A stretch of DNA of 10,026 nt, from the IMG/VR virus record IMGVR_UViG_2778261454_000013; one strand, given 5' to 3'. The translations under genes were made by a program, and so were the position numbers. This document shows positions 1 through 6,892 of the stretch, in pieces. Position 1 is the first letter of the stretch. Every line of letters begins with the position of its first letter. The notes under the pieces are model-generated. The model was not told the origin of the DNA and searched no databases. It worked only from the letters and a program-made list of their open reading frames with translations. Source of the stretch: a virus. Taxonomy: Duplodnaviria > Heunggongvirae > Uroviricota > Caudoviricetes.

Positions 1-411
1 ATGGCTCAGGTTGCCATTTTTAAACAAATATTCGATAAAGTGCGAAATAATTTAAACTATCACTGGTTTTATTCTGAACTAAAACGTCACAATGTCTCAC
101 ATTACATTTACTATTTAGCTACAGAGAATATTCATCTTGTTCTTGAAAACGATAATACGGTTTTAATAAAAGGACAGGGTAAGGTTGTAAATGTAAGATT
201 TTCAAAAAATAAATGCCTTATAGAAGCCACCTTAAAAGGATTCAAATCAGGAGAGTTATCATTTTACGAATACAGGAAAAATCTTGCTACAGCAGGGGTT
301 TTCAGATGGATTACAAATATCCACGAAAACAAAAGGTATTACTATACCTTTGATAATTCATTACTCTTTACTGAGAACATTCAGAACACTACACAAATAT
401 TTCCGCACTAA
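1..411 (+). CDS. ybcV: DUF1398-family prophage protein (YbcV-like), 136 aa
   Basis: ORF starts with ATG at window position 1. Translation ([14 protein letters not shown]...[12 protein letters not shown]...[13 protein letters not shown]) matches my recollection of DLP12 YbcV in sequence and length. Antiparallel to the lysis cassette, as in DLP12. Confidence 0.6.
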   Translation: MAQVAIFKQIFDKVRNNLNYHWFYSELKRHNVSHYIYYLATENIHLVLENDNTVLIKGQGKVVNVRFSKNKCLIEATLKGFKSGELSFYEYRKNLATAGVFRWITNIHENKRYYYTFDNSLLFTENIQNTTQIFPH

Positions 412-760
412 ATCATAACGTCCGGTTTCTTCCGTGCCAGAACCGGACTCGCTGGCATGATGAAATATGTGTACCCGGTAACCCCGGTGTGCATCGTTTT
501 TGATTATTCCCGCACACTCGCGCAGAAGGAGTTCCCCGTCGGGCTACGGTCTCTGTTAATACGGGAATACGGCGACGATACAGCGCATGATGTGTCAGGC
601 TTGAATGCCTTTATCCGTTAAAAGGGATATCAGTTAAGTTATCCCGTGCAGGGTATAAGCCATTATCAAGCCCACCCGTAGATGGGCTTTGTAATGGATA
701 GCCGTTGCTCAGTTCTAGTAATGCTTTGATTTTTTCGATAACGCAGTTTTGCGTTTGCCA

Positions 761-1282
761 TCAGCACGCGATATCGAGAGTCAACTGCAGTTGCTCGCGC
801 CAGTACTCAACATTTGCTTCAATAACCGGCTTATCCCATCGCCAGCGAGCCATCTCTCTTGCCCCATTGCTGGCTTTTGATTTCCGGTCATCGCGAATGC
901 GACATGCTTGCTCATATTTCTGCTGCTCAGTCAGTTCACCGCGAAGCAGACTATCAATGTGCAGGTCGCACCACACAGCAAAACGAGCATCACACCAACG
1001 GGCAAATGCAACTGAAAGTTTTGGATGTAGCCACGTACCACCACCCCTGTCCTTTCGTGCCTTGCTGGTTTTTACATACCTCGATTGTGAGGGATGTAAA
1101 ATTTGAGATTCTTTCCCGGTCAACGCTTCGTCTAAAGCACGAACGTATTCAAGCGTTTCTGCCAAACGCATCCAGTTATCAATGCGTTTCCCAAATCTCT
1201 CAGCAACACCTGTGACGTTGATCCAACCATCAGTGTTGAAACTGACAATTTCACCTTTGTAATTAAGTGGCACGATATTCAT
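761..1282 (-). CDS. KilA-N domain protein, 173 aa (possible antirepressor-like or truncated)
   Basis: Translation contains a KilA-N-like core (GGTWLHPKLSVAFARWCDARFAVWCD). AGGT Shine-Dalgarno-like motif about 8 nt upstream of the ATG. Overlapping plus-strand ORFs 705..1106 and 859..1215 are Cys/Ser-rich and judged spurious. Confidence 0.55.
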   Translation of the reverse strand: MNIVPLNYKGEIVSFNTDGWINVTGVAERFGKRIDNWMRLAETLEYVRALDEALTGKESQILHPSQSRYVKTSKARKDRGGGTWLHPKLSVAFARWCDARFAVWCDLHIDSLLRGELTEQQKYEQACRIRDDRKSKASNGAREMARWRWDKPVIEANVEYWREQLQLTLDIAC

Positions 1283-1397
1283 AACGTTTACCTACCATTT
1301 GAAATGAACCTTTGCCGCACAGGAAACCAGCCCACCGAGGCTCGCCAGCACTAACTGGTATCCTCAAAGGCCCATTCCAAAGGGGCAGGTTCGGTGT

Positions 1398-1424
1398 AAA
1401 AAAAACATGCGTTGCGGTACGCAT
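1398..1424 (-). terminator. Putative intrinsic terminator downstream of Rz (second of two in tandem)
   Basis: Minus-strand hairpin ATGCGT-ACCGCA-ACGCAT (plus 1407..1424) followed by a run of 8 T on the minus strand (plus A-tract 1398..1405). Confidence 0.4.
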
Positions 1425-1430
1425 TTATTG

Positions 1431-1454
1431 CAAAAAAGCCCCGCATCGCGAGGC
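1431..1454 (-). terminator. Putative intrinsic terminator immediately downstream of Rz
   Basis: Minus-strand hairpin GCCTCGC-GAT-GCGGGGC (7-bp stem with one G.U, plus 1438..1454) followed by TTTTTT on the minus strand (plus A-tract 1432..1437). Confidence 0.5.
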
Positions 1455-1486
1455 TCATTAAATGGACTTTGTGATTTGCAAAAAAA

Positions 1487-1924
1487 TTATTTCAGACATT
1501 GCGTCCTGATGTACTCCTGCAGGTAGTTAACCTGCGCGGTTATCCTGTCGATTCCACTTCGGAGACGGTAATAATTGAGTTCAGCATCTGCTGTAAGTCT
1601 TGGGCTTTCTCCATCGCCCATGCTGCTGGCTCCGGTCTTTGACTTTGCACAGGAGGCGGCGACTTGCAGCCGCTTACGCCCAGCAGAAACATCATCACGG
1701 AGACTTTCGATAGTCGCGTTAGCATCAGCAAGCTCCTTTGTATATCTGGCATCGAGTTCTGCTACGTCACGTTGACGCTTCTGCATGTCAGCGATGATGG
1801 ATGTGGCTTTGTCGCGCTGTTCTTTGTAGGTCATGGCGTTATCACGGTAATGATTAACAGCCCATGACAGGCAGACGATGATGCAGATAACCAGAGCGGA
1901 GATAATCGCGGTTACTCTGTTCAT
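1487..1924 (-). CDS. rzpD: Rz-type i-spanin (inner-membrane spanin), 145 aa
   Basis: N-terminal TM segment ([21 protein letters not shown]) followed by a charged coiled-coil-like periplasmic domain. ATG at 1924 overlaps the endolysin stop as ATGA. The ORF track's longer form starts at 1936 (MGSAMNRV). Confidence 0.75.
   Translation of the reverse strand: MNRVTAIISALVICIIVCLSWAVNHYRDNAMTYKEQRDKATSIIADMQKRQRDVAELDARYTKELADANATIESLRDDVSAGRKRLQVAASCAKSKTGASSMGDGESPRLTADAELNYYRLRSGIDRITAQVNYLQEYIRTQCLK
1540..1725 (-). CDS. rzoD: Rz1-type o-spanin lipoprotein, embedded in the +1 frame of Rz, 61 aa
   Basis: Embedded ORF entirely inside Rz. Signal peptide with lipobox ([20 protein letters not shown]), then proline-rich mature region ([13 protein letters not shown]). 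Start chosen at the Met giving a canonical lipoprotein signal; the exact start is uncertain. Confidence 0.6.
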   Translation of the reverse strand: MLTRLSKVSVMMFLLGVSGCKSPPPVQSQRPEPAAWAMEKAQDLQQMLNSIITVSEVESTG

Positions 1925-2418
1925 TGCTGACCCCACAAACAGATTTCACGCTCAATCTCACGACGAGTCATGAGACCTTTCCATTGCTTACCGCCAGCAT
2001 ATGTCCAGCGACGTAGCTGATCACATGCGCCTTTGATATCGCCCTGGTTTATTTTGCGAAGAAGCGTCGATGTTCTGAAATTGCCAGCACCCACGTTGTA
2101 AACGAATGAGTAAAGAGCGCCGCGCATTGTTTCCGGTATATCGACTTTGATGTACGGGTTAATTTGTCTGGCGACCGTGGCAAGGTCTTTATTCAGGAGG
2201 GCTTTGCATTCTGCTTTGGTATACGTTTTACCGAGCATGATGTCTTTTCCTGTATGCCCGTGACATACAGTCCATACACCAACAATATCTTTGTATGGTA
2301 TGTAGCTGACACCTTCCAGACCATCGTTACCACTTGGGCCAGTAATTAACACTGATGCTATAGCAATTGCTCCGCCACCAATAGCAGCAGCAACGGCTTT
2401 TCGTAATGATGGAGGCAT
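1921..2418 (-). CDS. rrrD: SAR endolysin (phage lysozyme, R21/RrrD-like), 165 aa
   Basis: N-terminal signal-anchor-release-like hydrophobic segment ([20 protein letters not shown]) followed by a lysozyme domain ([23 protein letters not shown]). Start ATG overlaps the holin stop (TAATG on the minus strand). Confidence 0.85.
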   Translation of the reverse strand: MPPSLRKAVAAAIGGGAIAIASVLITGPSGNDGLEGVSYIPYKDIVGVWTVCHGHTGKDIMLGKTYTKAECKALLNKDLATVARQINPYIKVDIPETMRGALYSFVYNVGAGNFRTSTLLRKINQGDIKGACDQLRRWTYAGGKQWKGLMTRREIEREICLWGQQ

Positions 2419-2633
2419 TATTCACCTCTCGCAGCCTTGCGCTTATCTTCTTTAATCTTGAAATAAAGGTTTGTCAGGTACGTCAGCAGGCCAAATACCA
2501 GGCTACCCAGCACACCTATTGCTGCCCACTGTGAGGGCGTGACTTTATCGAGCAGCTGTAAAAACCAGTAACCGGCACTACCTGCTGAGGTGCCATAGGC
2601 GACACCCGTTGTTAACTTATCCATGGATTTCAT
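2418..2633 (-). CDS. essD: Class II holin / pinholin (S21/EssD-like), 71 aa
   Basis: Start at MKSMDKL with GAGGTG Shine-Dalgarno upstream. Two in-frame Met codons (Met1, Met4) typical of holin/antiholin dual starts; two TM segments. The ORF-track start at 2678 is an upstream extension without ribosome-binding support. Confidence 0.8.
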
Positions 2634-3125
2634 AACCCCACCTCGCAGACAAAGCGGGTGTAAATTGAGGGAATACAACGTATCGCAAAAAAGCAGAAAC
2701 GTAACAGACTCGGAGTCAGTGAATAACTCAGGTATTGAGTTATCAGCTAATATCGAGACTCAAAAAATGGAAAAACCAGCTCGACGGCGGGTTTAAGCTG
2801 TGTGACGAAGTAACCACTCTTAACAGCATAACCAATTTTTTACGTACGTAAACCACTGAATGATATTTATGAGAATGCTACCGAGTGTTCAAAACACCAC
2901 CACAAATACATAAGAAAACCTCAACAAATAACCAATAAATAATTTCAGAGGTTATTTTTAGTTGATTTAAATTAAACTGCCGAATTATAGAACCCCCATA
3001 AATAACAGCCATTAATATAAATTAGCTAATAGGTTTATTTTTGTTCAAATAAGAGCCATAAATAGGTTTCGATAGAAAAAGTTCAGATAAAAATAGAGAT
3101 CTACTTCACAAATTAAATGAGAAAC

Positions 3126-3150
3126 TAAAACTTACATCTTGAAATAATCA
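3126..3150 (+). promoter_or_regulatory. OmpR-box-like motif in the porin upstream region
   Basis: Sequence AAACTTACATCTTGAAATAATCAC resembles the ompC OmpR-binding half-sites (TTTACATTTTGAAACATCTA) as I recall them. Lies about 80 bp upstream of the porin ATG inside an AT-rich ~540 bp ORF-free region. Confidence 0.3.
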
Positions 3151-3221
3151 CATTGATTAGATGAATATTTATCGCGCAGTGACATCATTTTTTAATAATA
3201 GTTCAAAAAAAAGGGCTCACG

Positions 3222-4304
3222 ATGAAAAAATTAACAGTGGCAATTTCTGCTGTAGCTGCATCAGTACTGATGGCGATGTCTGCTCAGGCAGCTGAAATTT
3301 ATAATAAAGACAGTAACAAGCTGGATCTGTACGGGAAAGTTAATGCTAAGCACTACTTCTCCTCTAATGATGCAGATGATGGTGATACTACTTATGCCCG
3401 TCTTGGCTTCAAAGGTGAAACCCAAATCAACGATCAACTGACTGGTTTCGGTCAGTGGGAATATGAATTCAAAGGCAACCGCGCTGAATCTCAAGGTTCC
3501 TCCAAAGACAAAACCCGTCTTGCATTTGCAGGCCTGAAATTCGGTGACTACGGCTCAATCGATTACGGCCGTAACTACGGTGTAGCATACGACATCGGTG
3601 CGTGGACTGACGTTCTGCCAGAATTCGGTGGCGATACCTGGACCCAAACAGATGTATTCATGACTGGTCGCACCACAGGTGTTGCAACTTATCGTAACAA
3701 CGACTTCTTTGGTCTGGTTGATGGCCTGAACTTTGCAGCTCAGTATCAGGGCAAAAATGACCGAAATGAAGTAACTGAAGCTAATGGCGATGGTTTCGGT
3801 TTCTCAACTACTTATGAGTATGAAGGATTCGGCGTGGGTGCAACCTATGCTAAATCTGATCGCACTAATAATCAGGTTATCTACGGTAACAACGGTCTGA
3901 ATGCTTCTGGTCAAAATGCTGAAGTATGGGCAGCTGGTCTGAAATATGATGCGAACAACATCTATCTGGCCACCACCTATTCTGAAACCCAGAACATGAC
4001 TGTTTTTGGTAATAACCATATTGCCAACAAAGCACAAAACTTCGAAGCTGTTGCACAATATCAGTTCGACTTCGGCCTGCGTCCATCCGTTGCTTACCTG
4101 CATTCTAAAGGAAAAGACTTGGGTGTTTGGGGTGATCAGGACCTGGTTGAATATGTTGATGTAGGTGCAACCTATTACTTCAACAAAAATATGTCCACTT
4201 TTGTTGACTACAAAATCAACCTGATTGATAAGAGCGATTTCACGAAAGCATCTGGCGTTGCTACCGATGATATCGTTGCTGTAGGTATGGTTTACCAGTT
4301 CTAA
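3222..4304 (+). CDS. nmpC: Phage-encoded general porin of the OmpC/OmpF family (NmpC/Lc-type), intact, 360 aa
   Basis: Signal peptide [23 protein letters not shown], mature N-terminus [22 protein letters not shown] loop-3 motif, C-terminal aromatic ...VGMVYQF. Full length with no interruption. Sits between Q and the holin on the opposite strand, as nmpC does in DLP12. Confidence 0.9.
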   Translation: MKKLTVAISAVAASVLMAMSAQAAEIYNKDSNKLDLYGKVNAKHYFSSNDADDGDTTYARLGFKGETQINDQLTGFGQWEYEFKGNRAESQGSSKDKTRLAFAGLKFGDYGSIDYGRNYGVAYDIGAWTDVLPEFGGDTWTQTDVFMTGRTTGVATYRNNDFFGLVDGLNFAAQYQGKNDRNEVTEANGDGFGFSTTYEYEGFGVGATYAKSDRTNNQVIYGNNGLNASGQNAEVWAAGLKYDANNIYLATTYSETQNMTVFGNNHIANKAQNFEAVAQYQFDFGLRPSVAYLHSKGKDLGVWGDQDLVEYVDVGATYYFNKNMSTFVDYKINLIDKSDFTKASGVATDDIVAVGMVYQF

Positions 4305-4470
4305 TTTGATTACTAAAAGATATGTTGCGGGAGGCTTTGCCTCCCCAACATATAAGTGGCTCCCTCAAGCCACTTCCTTTAGGAGCACAACCTTGCTTCT
4401 AACTATATAAACCTTCTGTTATATATTACCCTTTATTTTTGGGGGCGTCTCAACGCCCCATTTTTAATAA
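4305..4470 (+). ncRNA. ipeX: Structured porin 3' UTR, IpeX-like candidate regulatory RNA
   Basis: About 166 nt between the porin stop and a terminator. Three perfect hairpins: GGGAGGC-TTT-GCCTCCC (4329..4345), AAGTGGCT-CCCTCA-AGCCACTT (4354..4375), GGGGCGT-CTCA-ACGCCCC (4442..4459). IpeX is described as lying in the nmpC/lc 3' UTR before its terminator. Confidence 0.4.
4442..4470 (+). terminator. Rho-independent terminator ending the porin transcript
   Basis: 7-bp GC-rich stem, 4-nt loop, followed by TTTTTAATAATTTTT. About 25 bp before the convergent Q stop codon. Confidence 0.55.
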
Positions 4471-4492
4471 TTTTTAGTAAACAATTGGCATA

Positions 4493-4876
4493 TTAATTAG
4501 AGTTATTAACAACGATATCCATCTCTAACCGGATATCTAATGCCATTAACATCCCTTCAATTATACCCTCAGCCTTCTGTAACCTTTTCCCGATATAACC
4601 ATCAGAGCAGCAATGCTTACCTGCCAGTGACATGAATGTCATACCGACTACATAATAATCTACTAATAAATCGTGCAAATCGCTGTTGTTCTTTTTCAGA
4701 CGGGCCATGCACCCGCAAATGATCATCGCGTCATCGTCACAACATTGCGGGCGAGATTTTACTTTTGAAGGAATTAATCCCTTAAAACCGGCGGCAATGG
4801 ACGACCAGGTCACATCTTCATGATTATTAGCCGCCCACGCTCCCCAACGCTCAAGAACCATCTGAATATCACGCAT
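4493..4876 (-). CDS. quuD: Late-gene antitermination protein Q (QuuD-like), 127 aa
   Basis: Cys-rich zinc-binding motif ([19 protein letters not shown] ... GKHCCSDGY). ATG at 4876 preceded by GGAG. The ORF-track start at 4891 is a TTG five codons upstream. Transcribed in the same direction as the lysis cassette. Confidence 0.75.
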   Translation of the reverse strand: MRDIQMVLERWGAWAANNHEDVTWSSIAAGFKGLIPSKVKSRPQCCDDDAMIICGCMARLKKNNSDLHDLLVDYYVVGMTFMSLAGKHCCSDGYIGKRLQKAEGIIEGMLMALDIRLEMDIVVNNSN

Positions 4877-5120
4877 CAACTTACTCCACAAAAATCAGAC
4901 CAGAACGCCAATTACAAGCAAAAATCAATAAAACAGTATTAGTTGATTGTTATCTCTGACTTCATACTCCTGCTCCTGTCAGGGTTTTGGCGTAATTCCT
5001 CAGTATTCGGTAATCGGTCAAAACAGAACCGGGGAAACGATATAAGCGCAGGCGCATCCAGCGGTGGCGAAGACGTTCTGCCATATAAGACTCAAACATC
5101 ATTCATCTCCCAGTTCAGTG

Positions 5121-5303
5121 ATGGTCAGTTCCAGCTTCCCACCTTTGGTAGGCACGATCACTTTCGTCTACTCCGTTACGAAGCGAGGCTGGGTATTTCC
5201 CGGCCTTTCTGTTATCCGAAATCCCCTGAAAGCACAGCGGCTGGCTGAGGAGATAAATAATAAACGGGGAGCTGTATGCACAAAGCATCTCCCGTTGAGT
5301 TAA
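5121..5303 (+). CDS. Small pL-operon ORF (lambda orf60a-like by position and length), 60 aa
   Basis: ATG at 5121 gives MVSSSFPPLVG...; ends at 5303, overlapping the next ORF by 28 nt. This matches my memory of the lambda orf60a/orf63 overlap. Identity not verifiable here. Confidence 0.4.
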   Translation: MVSSSFPPLVGTITFVYSVTKRGWVFPGLSVIRNPLKAQRLAEEINNKRGAVCTKHLPLS

Positions 5304-5467
5304 GAACGAGTATCGAGATGGCACATAGCCTCGCTCAAATTGGAGTCAGGTTTGTGCCAATACCAGTAGAAACAGACGAAGAATTTCATACGTTAGCCGC
5401 ATCCCTTTCACAAAAGCTGGAAATGATGGTGGCGAAAGCAGAAGCAGATGAGAGAGACCAGGTATGA
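5276..5467 (+). CDS. Small pL-operon ORF (lambda orf63-like), 63 aa
   Basis: GGGGAG Shine-Dalgarno 4 nt upstream of the ATG. Balanced composition (MHKASPVELRTSIEMAHSLAQIG...). Stop overlaps a downstream ATG as ATGA. Confidence 0.5.
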   Translation: MHKASPVELRTSIEMAHSLAQIGVRFVPIPVETDEEFHTLAASLSQKLEMMVAKAEADERDQV

Positions 5468-5759
5468 CAACCACGGAATGCATTTTTCTGGCAGCGGGCT
5501 TCATATTCTGTGTGCTTATGCTTGCCGACATGGGACTTGTTCAATGACACCTCAGCAGGAAAACGCCCTTCGCAGCATTGCCCGTCAGGCTAATTCTGAA
5601 ATCAAAAAAGCCAGACAGCAGTTTCCGGATAAAAACGTCGATGACATTTGCCGTAGCGTACTGAAGAAGCACCGCGAAACGGTAACGCTGATGGGATTCA
5701 CACCGACTCATTTAAGCCTGGCAATCGGCATGTTAAACGGCGTCTTTAAGGAACGATGA
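5448..5759 (+). CDS. Hypothetical small protein (lambda orf61 position); start uncertain
   Basis: ORF overlaps the preceding gene by 20 nt if it starts at 5448 (103 aa). An internal ATG at 5544 (MTPQQENALRSIARQ..., 71 aa) overlaps, as ATGA, the stop of an intervening 27-codon ORF. Confidence 0.4.
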   Translation: MRETRYDNHGMHFSGSGLHILCAYACRHGTCSMTPQQENALRSIARQANSEIKKARQQFPDKNVDDICRSVLKKHRETVTLMGFTPTHLSLAIGMLNGVFKER

Positions 5760-5780
5760 ACATGAAAAGCAAAATCATCA

Positions 5781-5802
5781 GGGAGCTACAGGCTCCTTTT
5801 TT
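5781..5802 (+). terminator. Possible intrinsic terminator or attenuator between small ORFs
   Basis: Hairpin GGAGC-TACAG-GCTCC followed by TTTTTT. Alternatively this stretch lies inside a 31-codon ORF (5756..5851). Confidence 0.3.
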
Positions 5803-5857
5803 ATTATTCGCATTCACCCTCAAGCGTATTAACCAACAATTCAGGGATTAATGGAAG

Positions 5858-6079
5858 ATGGCAGACATCATTGATTCAGCATCAGAAATTGAAGAATTAC
5901 AGCGCAACACAGCAATAAAAATGCGCCGCCTGAACCACCAGGCTATATCTGCCACTCATTGTTGTGAGTGTGGCGATCCGATAGATGAACGAAGACGCCT
6001 GGTCGTTCAGGGTTGTCGGACTTGTGCAAGTTGCCAGGAGGATCTGGAGCTTATCAGTAAACAGAGAGGTTCGAAGTGA
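5858..6079 (+). CDS. TraR/DksA-family C4 zinc-finger protein (lambda Orf73-like), 73 aa
   Basis: Motif CCECGDPIDERRRLVVQGCRTCASC fits the DksA/TraR CxxC-(N17)-CxxC zinc finger with conserved G, I and R positions. The 73-aa length matches TraR-like phage proteins. Confidence 0.7.
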   Translation: MADIIDSASEIEELQRNTAIKMRRLNHQAISATHCCECGDPIDERRRLVVQGCRTCASCQEDLELISKQRGSK

Positions 6080-6176
6080 GCGAAATTAACTAGAAGCCAA
6101 AGATAAAATCATCGCTGAGCAGGAGAAAATCGCTAACGGAGAAAAGACAGTAAGTCAGTATATGAAAACCGCATGA
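6076..6176 (+). pseudogene. Probable ea22-like remnant, interrupted after codon 5
   Basis: GTG at 6076 overlaps the upstream stop (GTGA) and encodes (M)SEIN, then an in-frame TAG. From memory lambda Ea22 begins MSEINSQ. A shifted frame continues EAKDKIIAEQEKIANGEKTVSQYMKTA to 6176. Confidence 0.3.
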
Positions 6177-6231
6177 TATCATCAGATAAAAATCGGTCGT
6201 AAAGCGAAATATTAATACCAGAACAAACGAG

Positions 6232-6255
6232 TCGAGGTAAATTATATTACCTCGA
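6232..6255 (-). terminator. Strong hairpin downstream of the membrane-protein gene (putative terminator)
   Basis: Perfect 9-bp stem TCGAGGTAA-ATTATA-TTACCTCGA (6232..6255), about 35 bp past the minus-strand stop. The downstream minus-strand sequence is only moderately U-rich (ctcgtttgttctgg). Confidence 0.4.
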
Positions 6256-6289
6256 TAAATTAACTAAAACTTGCCCGCTATATACTATA

Positions 6290-6892
6290 TCATTCAGTAT
6301 CATCACGCGCGGTCTGTGCATATGTCACTACCGCACCTAATATATTAATTTTCTTTTCAACATAGATAATATTATCGTACTCATAATTGCCATACGGATA
6401 GCAAATGCGAATATTCTCATGTAGTTCGGGGTCATCCACCTCAGCTCCAGAACAACTTTTTGAACTACCGGAAGTATACCGATACGGTGCAACATAAGAC
6501 GATGTCTCTCCAGGCAAAAAATAAGTTAGTGTCGTAAGGGGTATAATCAGAAAAAATCCAGCAAATATGCACATCCCTGCATAAACCTTAAGGTATGCTG
6601 ACAGACTCTTCCAGCCTCTTTGTTTTACTATCCCCTTCTTAACCCAAAACAGAGATAACAGAAAAGCTATTCCCATGCTAAACAGAATGTAATAGTGGGA
6701 TATACTCTGATTAAGAAACGTGACCCTGTAGATATCTGCCCGCCACCAGAAGAAAAGGAAAATAAAGATCAGCCCTGAAACTGTCATGCAAATCAAATAA
6801 GGATACGAATCTTTTTTCATGTTTAGCGCCCATAAAATTTTTCCTGACCCGGACAAATTTACCATCCATTTTTTGCGCAGAAAATAGCTCAT
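6290..6892 (-). CDS. Unrecognised integral membrane protein (3 predicted TM helices plus ~75-aa C-terminal domain), up to 200 aa
   Basis: Long minus-strand ORF in a markedly AT-rich segment. Hydrophobic stretches LICMTVSGLIFIFLFFWW, YYILFSMGIAFLLSLFWV and VYAGMCIFAGFFLIIPLTTLTYFL, then a polar tail with Cys and Tyr residues. No clear Shine-Dalgarno at any candidate start (6892, 6865, 6820). TATTAT hexamer at 6906..6911 on the transcribed strand. Confidence 0.55.
   Translation of the reverse strand: MSYFLRKKWMVNLSGSGKILWALNMKKDSYPYLICMTVSGLIFIFLFFWWRADIYRVTFLNQSISHYYILFSMGIAFLLSLFWVKKGIVKQRGWKSLSAYLKVYAGMCIFAGFFLIIPLTTLTYFLPGETSSYVAPYRYTSGSSKSCSGAEVDDPELHENIRICYPYGNYEYDNIIYVEKKINILGAVVTYAQTARDDTE

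Noticed and set aside
705-1215. Plus-strand ORFs 705..1106 and 859..1215
   Set aside because: Antisense to the KilA-N gene, Cys/Ser/Arg-rich low-complexity translations, no ribosome-binding site; treated as shadow ORFs.
1575-1867. Plus-strand ORFs 1575..1775 and 1664..1867
   Set aside because: Antisense to Rz/Rz1 with Ser/Ala-rich translations typical of shadow frames.
2164-2349. Plus-strand ORF inside the endolysin gene
   Set aside because: Antisense to a well-supported CDS; no independent start signals.
3261-4103. Minus-strand ORFs 3261..3494, 3804..4103 and 3877..4086 inside the porin gene
   Set aside because: Antisense to the porin CDS; translations lack protein-like features. A late transcript may cross this region antisense, but there is no reason to think these frames are translated.
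5064-5120. Exonuclease (exo) C-terminus immediately upstream of the orf60a-like gene
   Set aside because: The frame ending in TGA at 5119..5121 has an in-frame stop at 5086..5088 and no upstream Met, so no exo coding sequence is present.
4943-5531. ORFs 4943..5248 (+), 5115..5324 (-) and 5346..5531 (-) near the Q / pL junction
   Set aside because: They overlap the better-supported orf60a-like and orf63-like genes or lie in the junction region. No ribosome-binding sites and no recognisable nin, rusA or exo-like sequence.
5756-5851. 31-codon ORF MNMKSKIIRELQAPFLLFAFTLKRINQQFRD
   Set aside because: Its middle is the GGAGC-TACAG-GCTCC hairpin plus T-tract; a terminator or attenuator seems at least as likely. 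Not called as a CDS.
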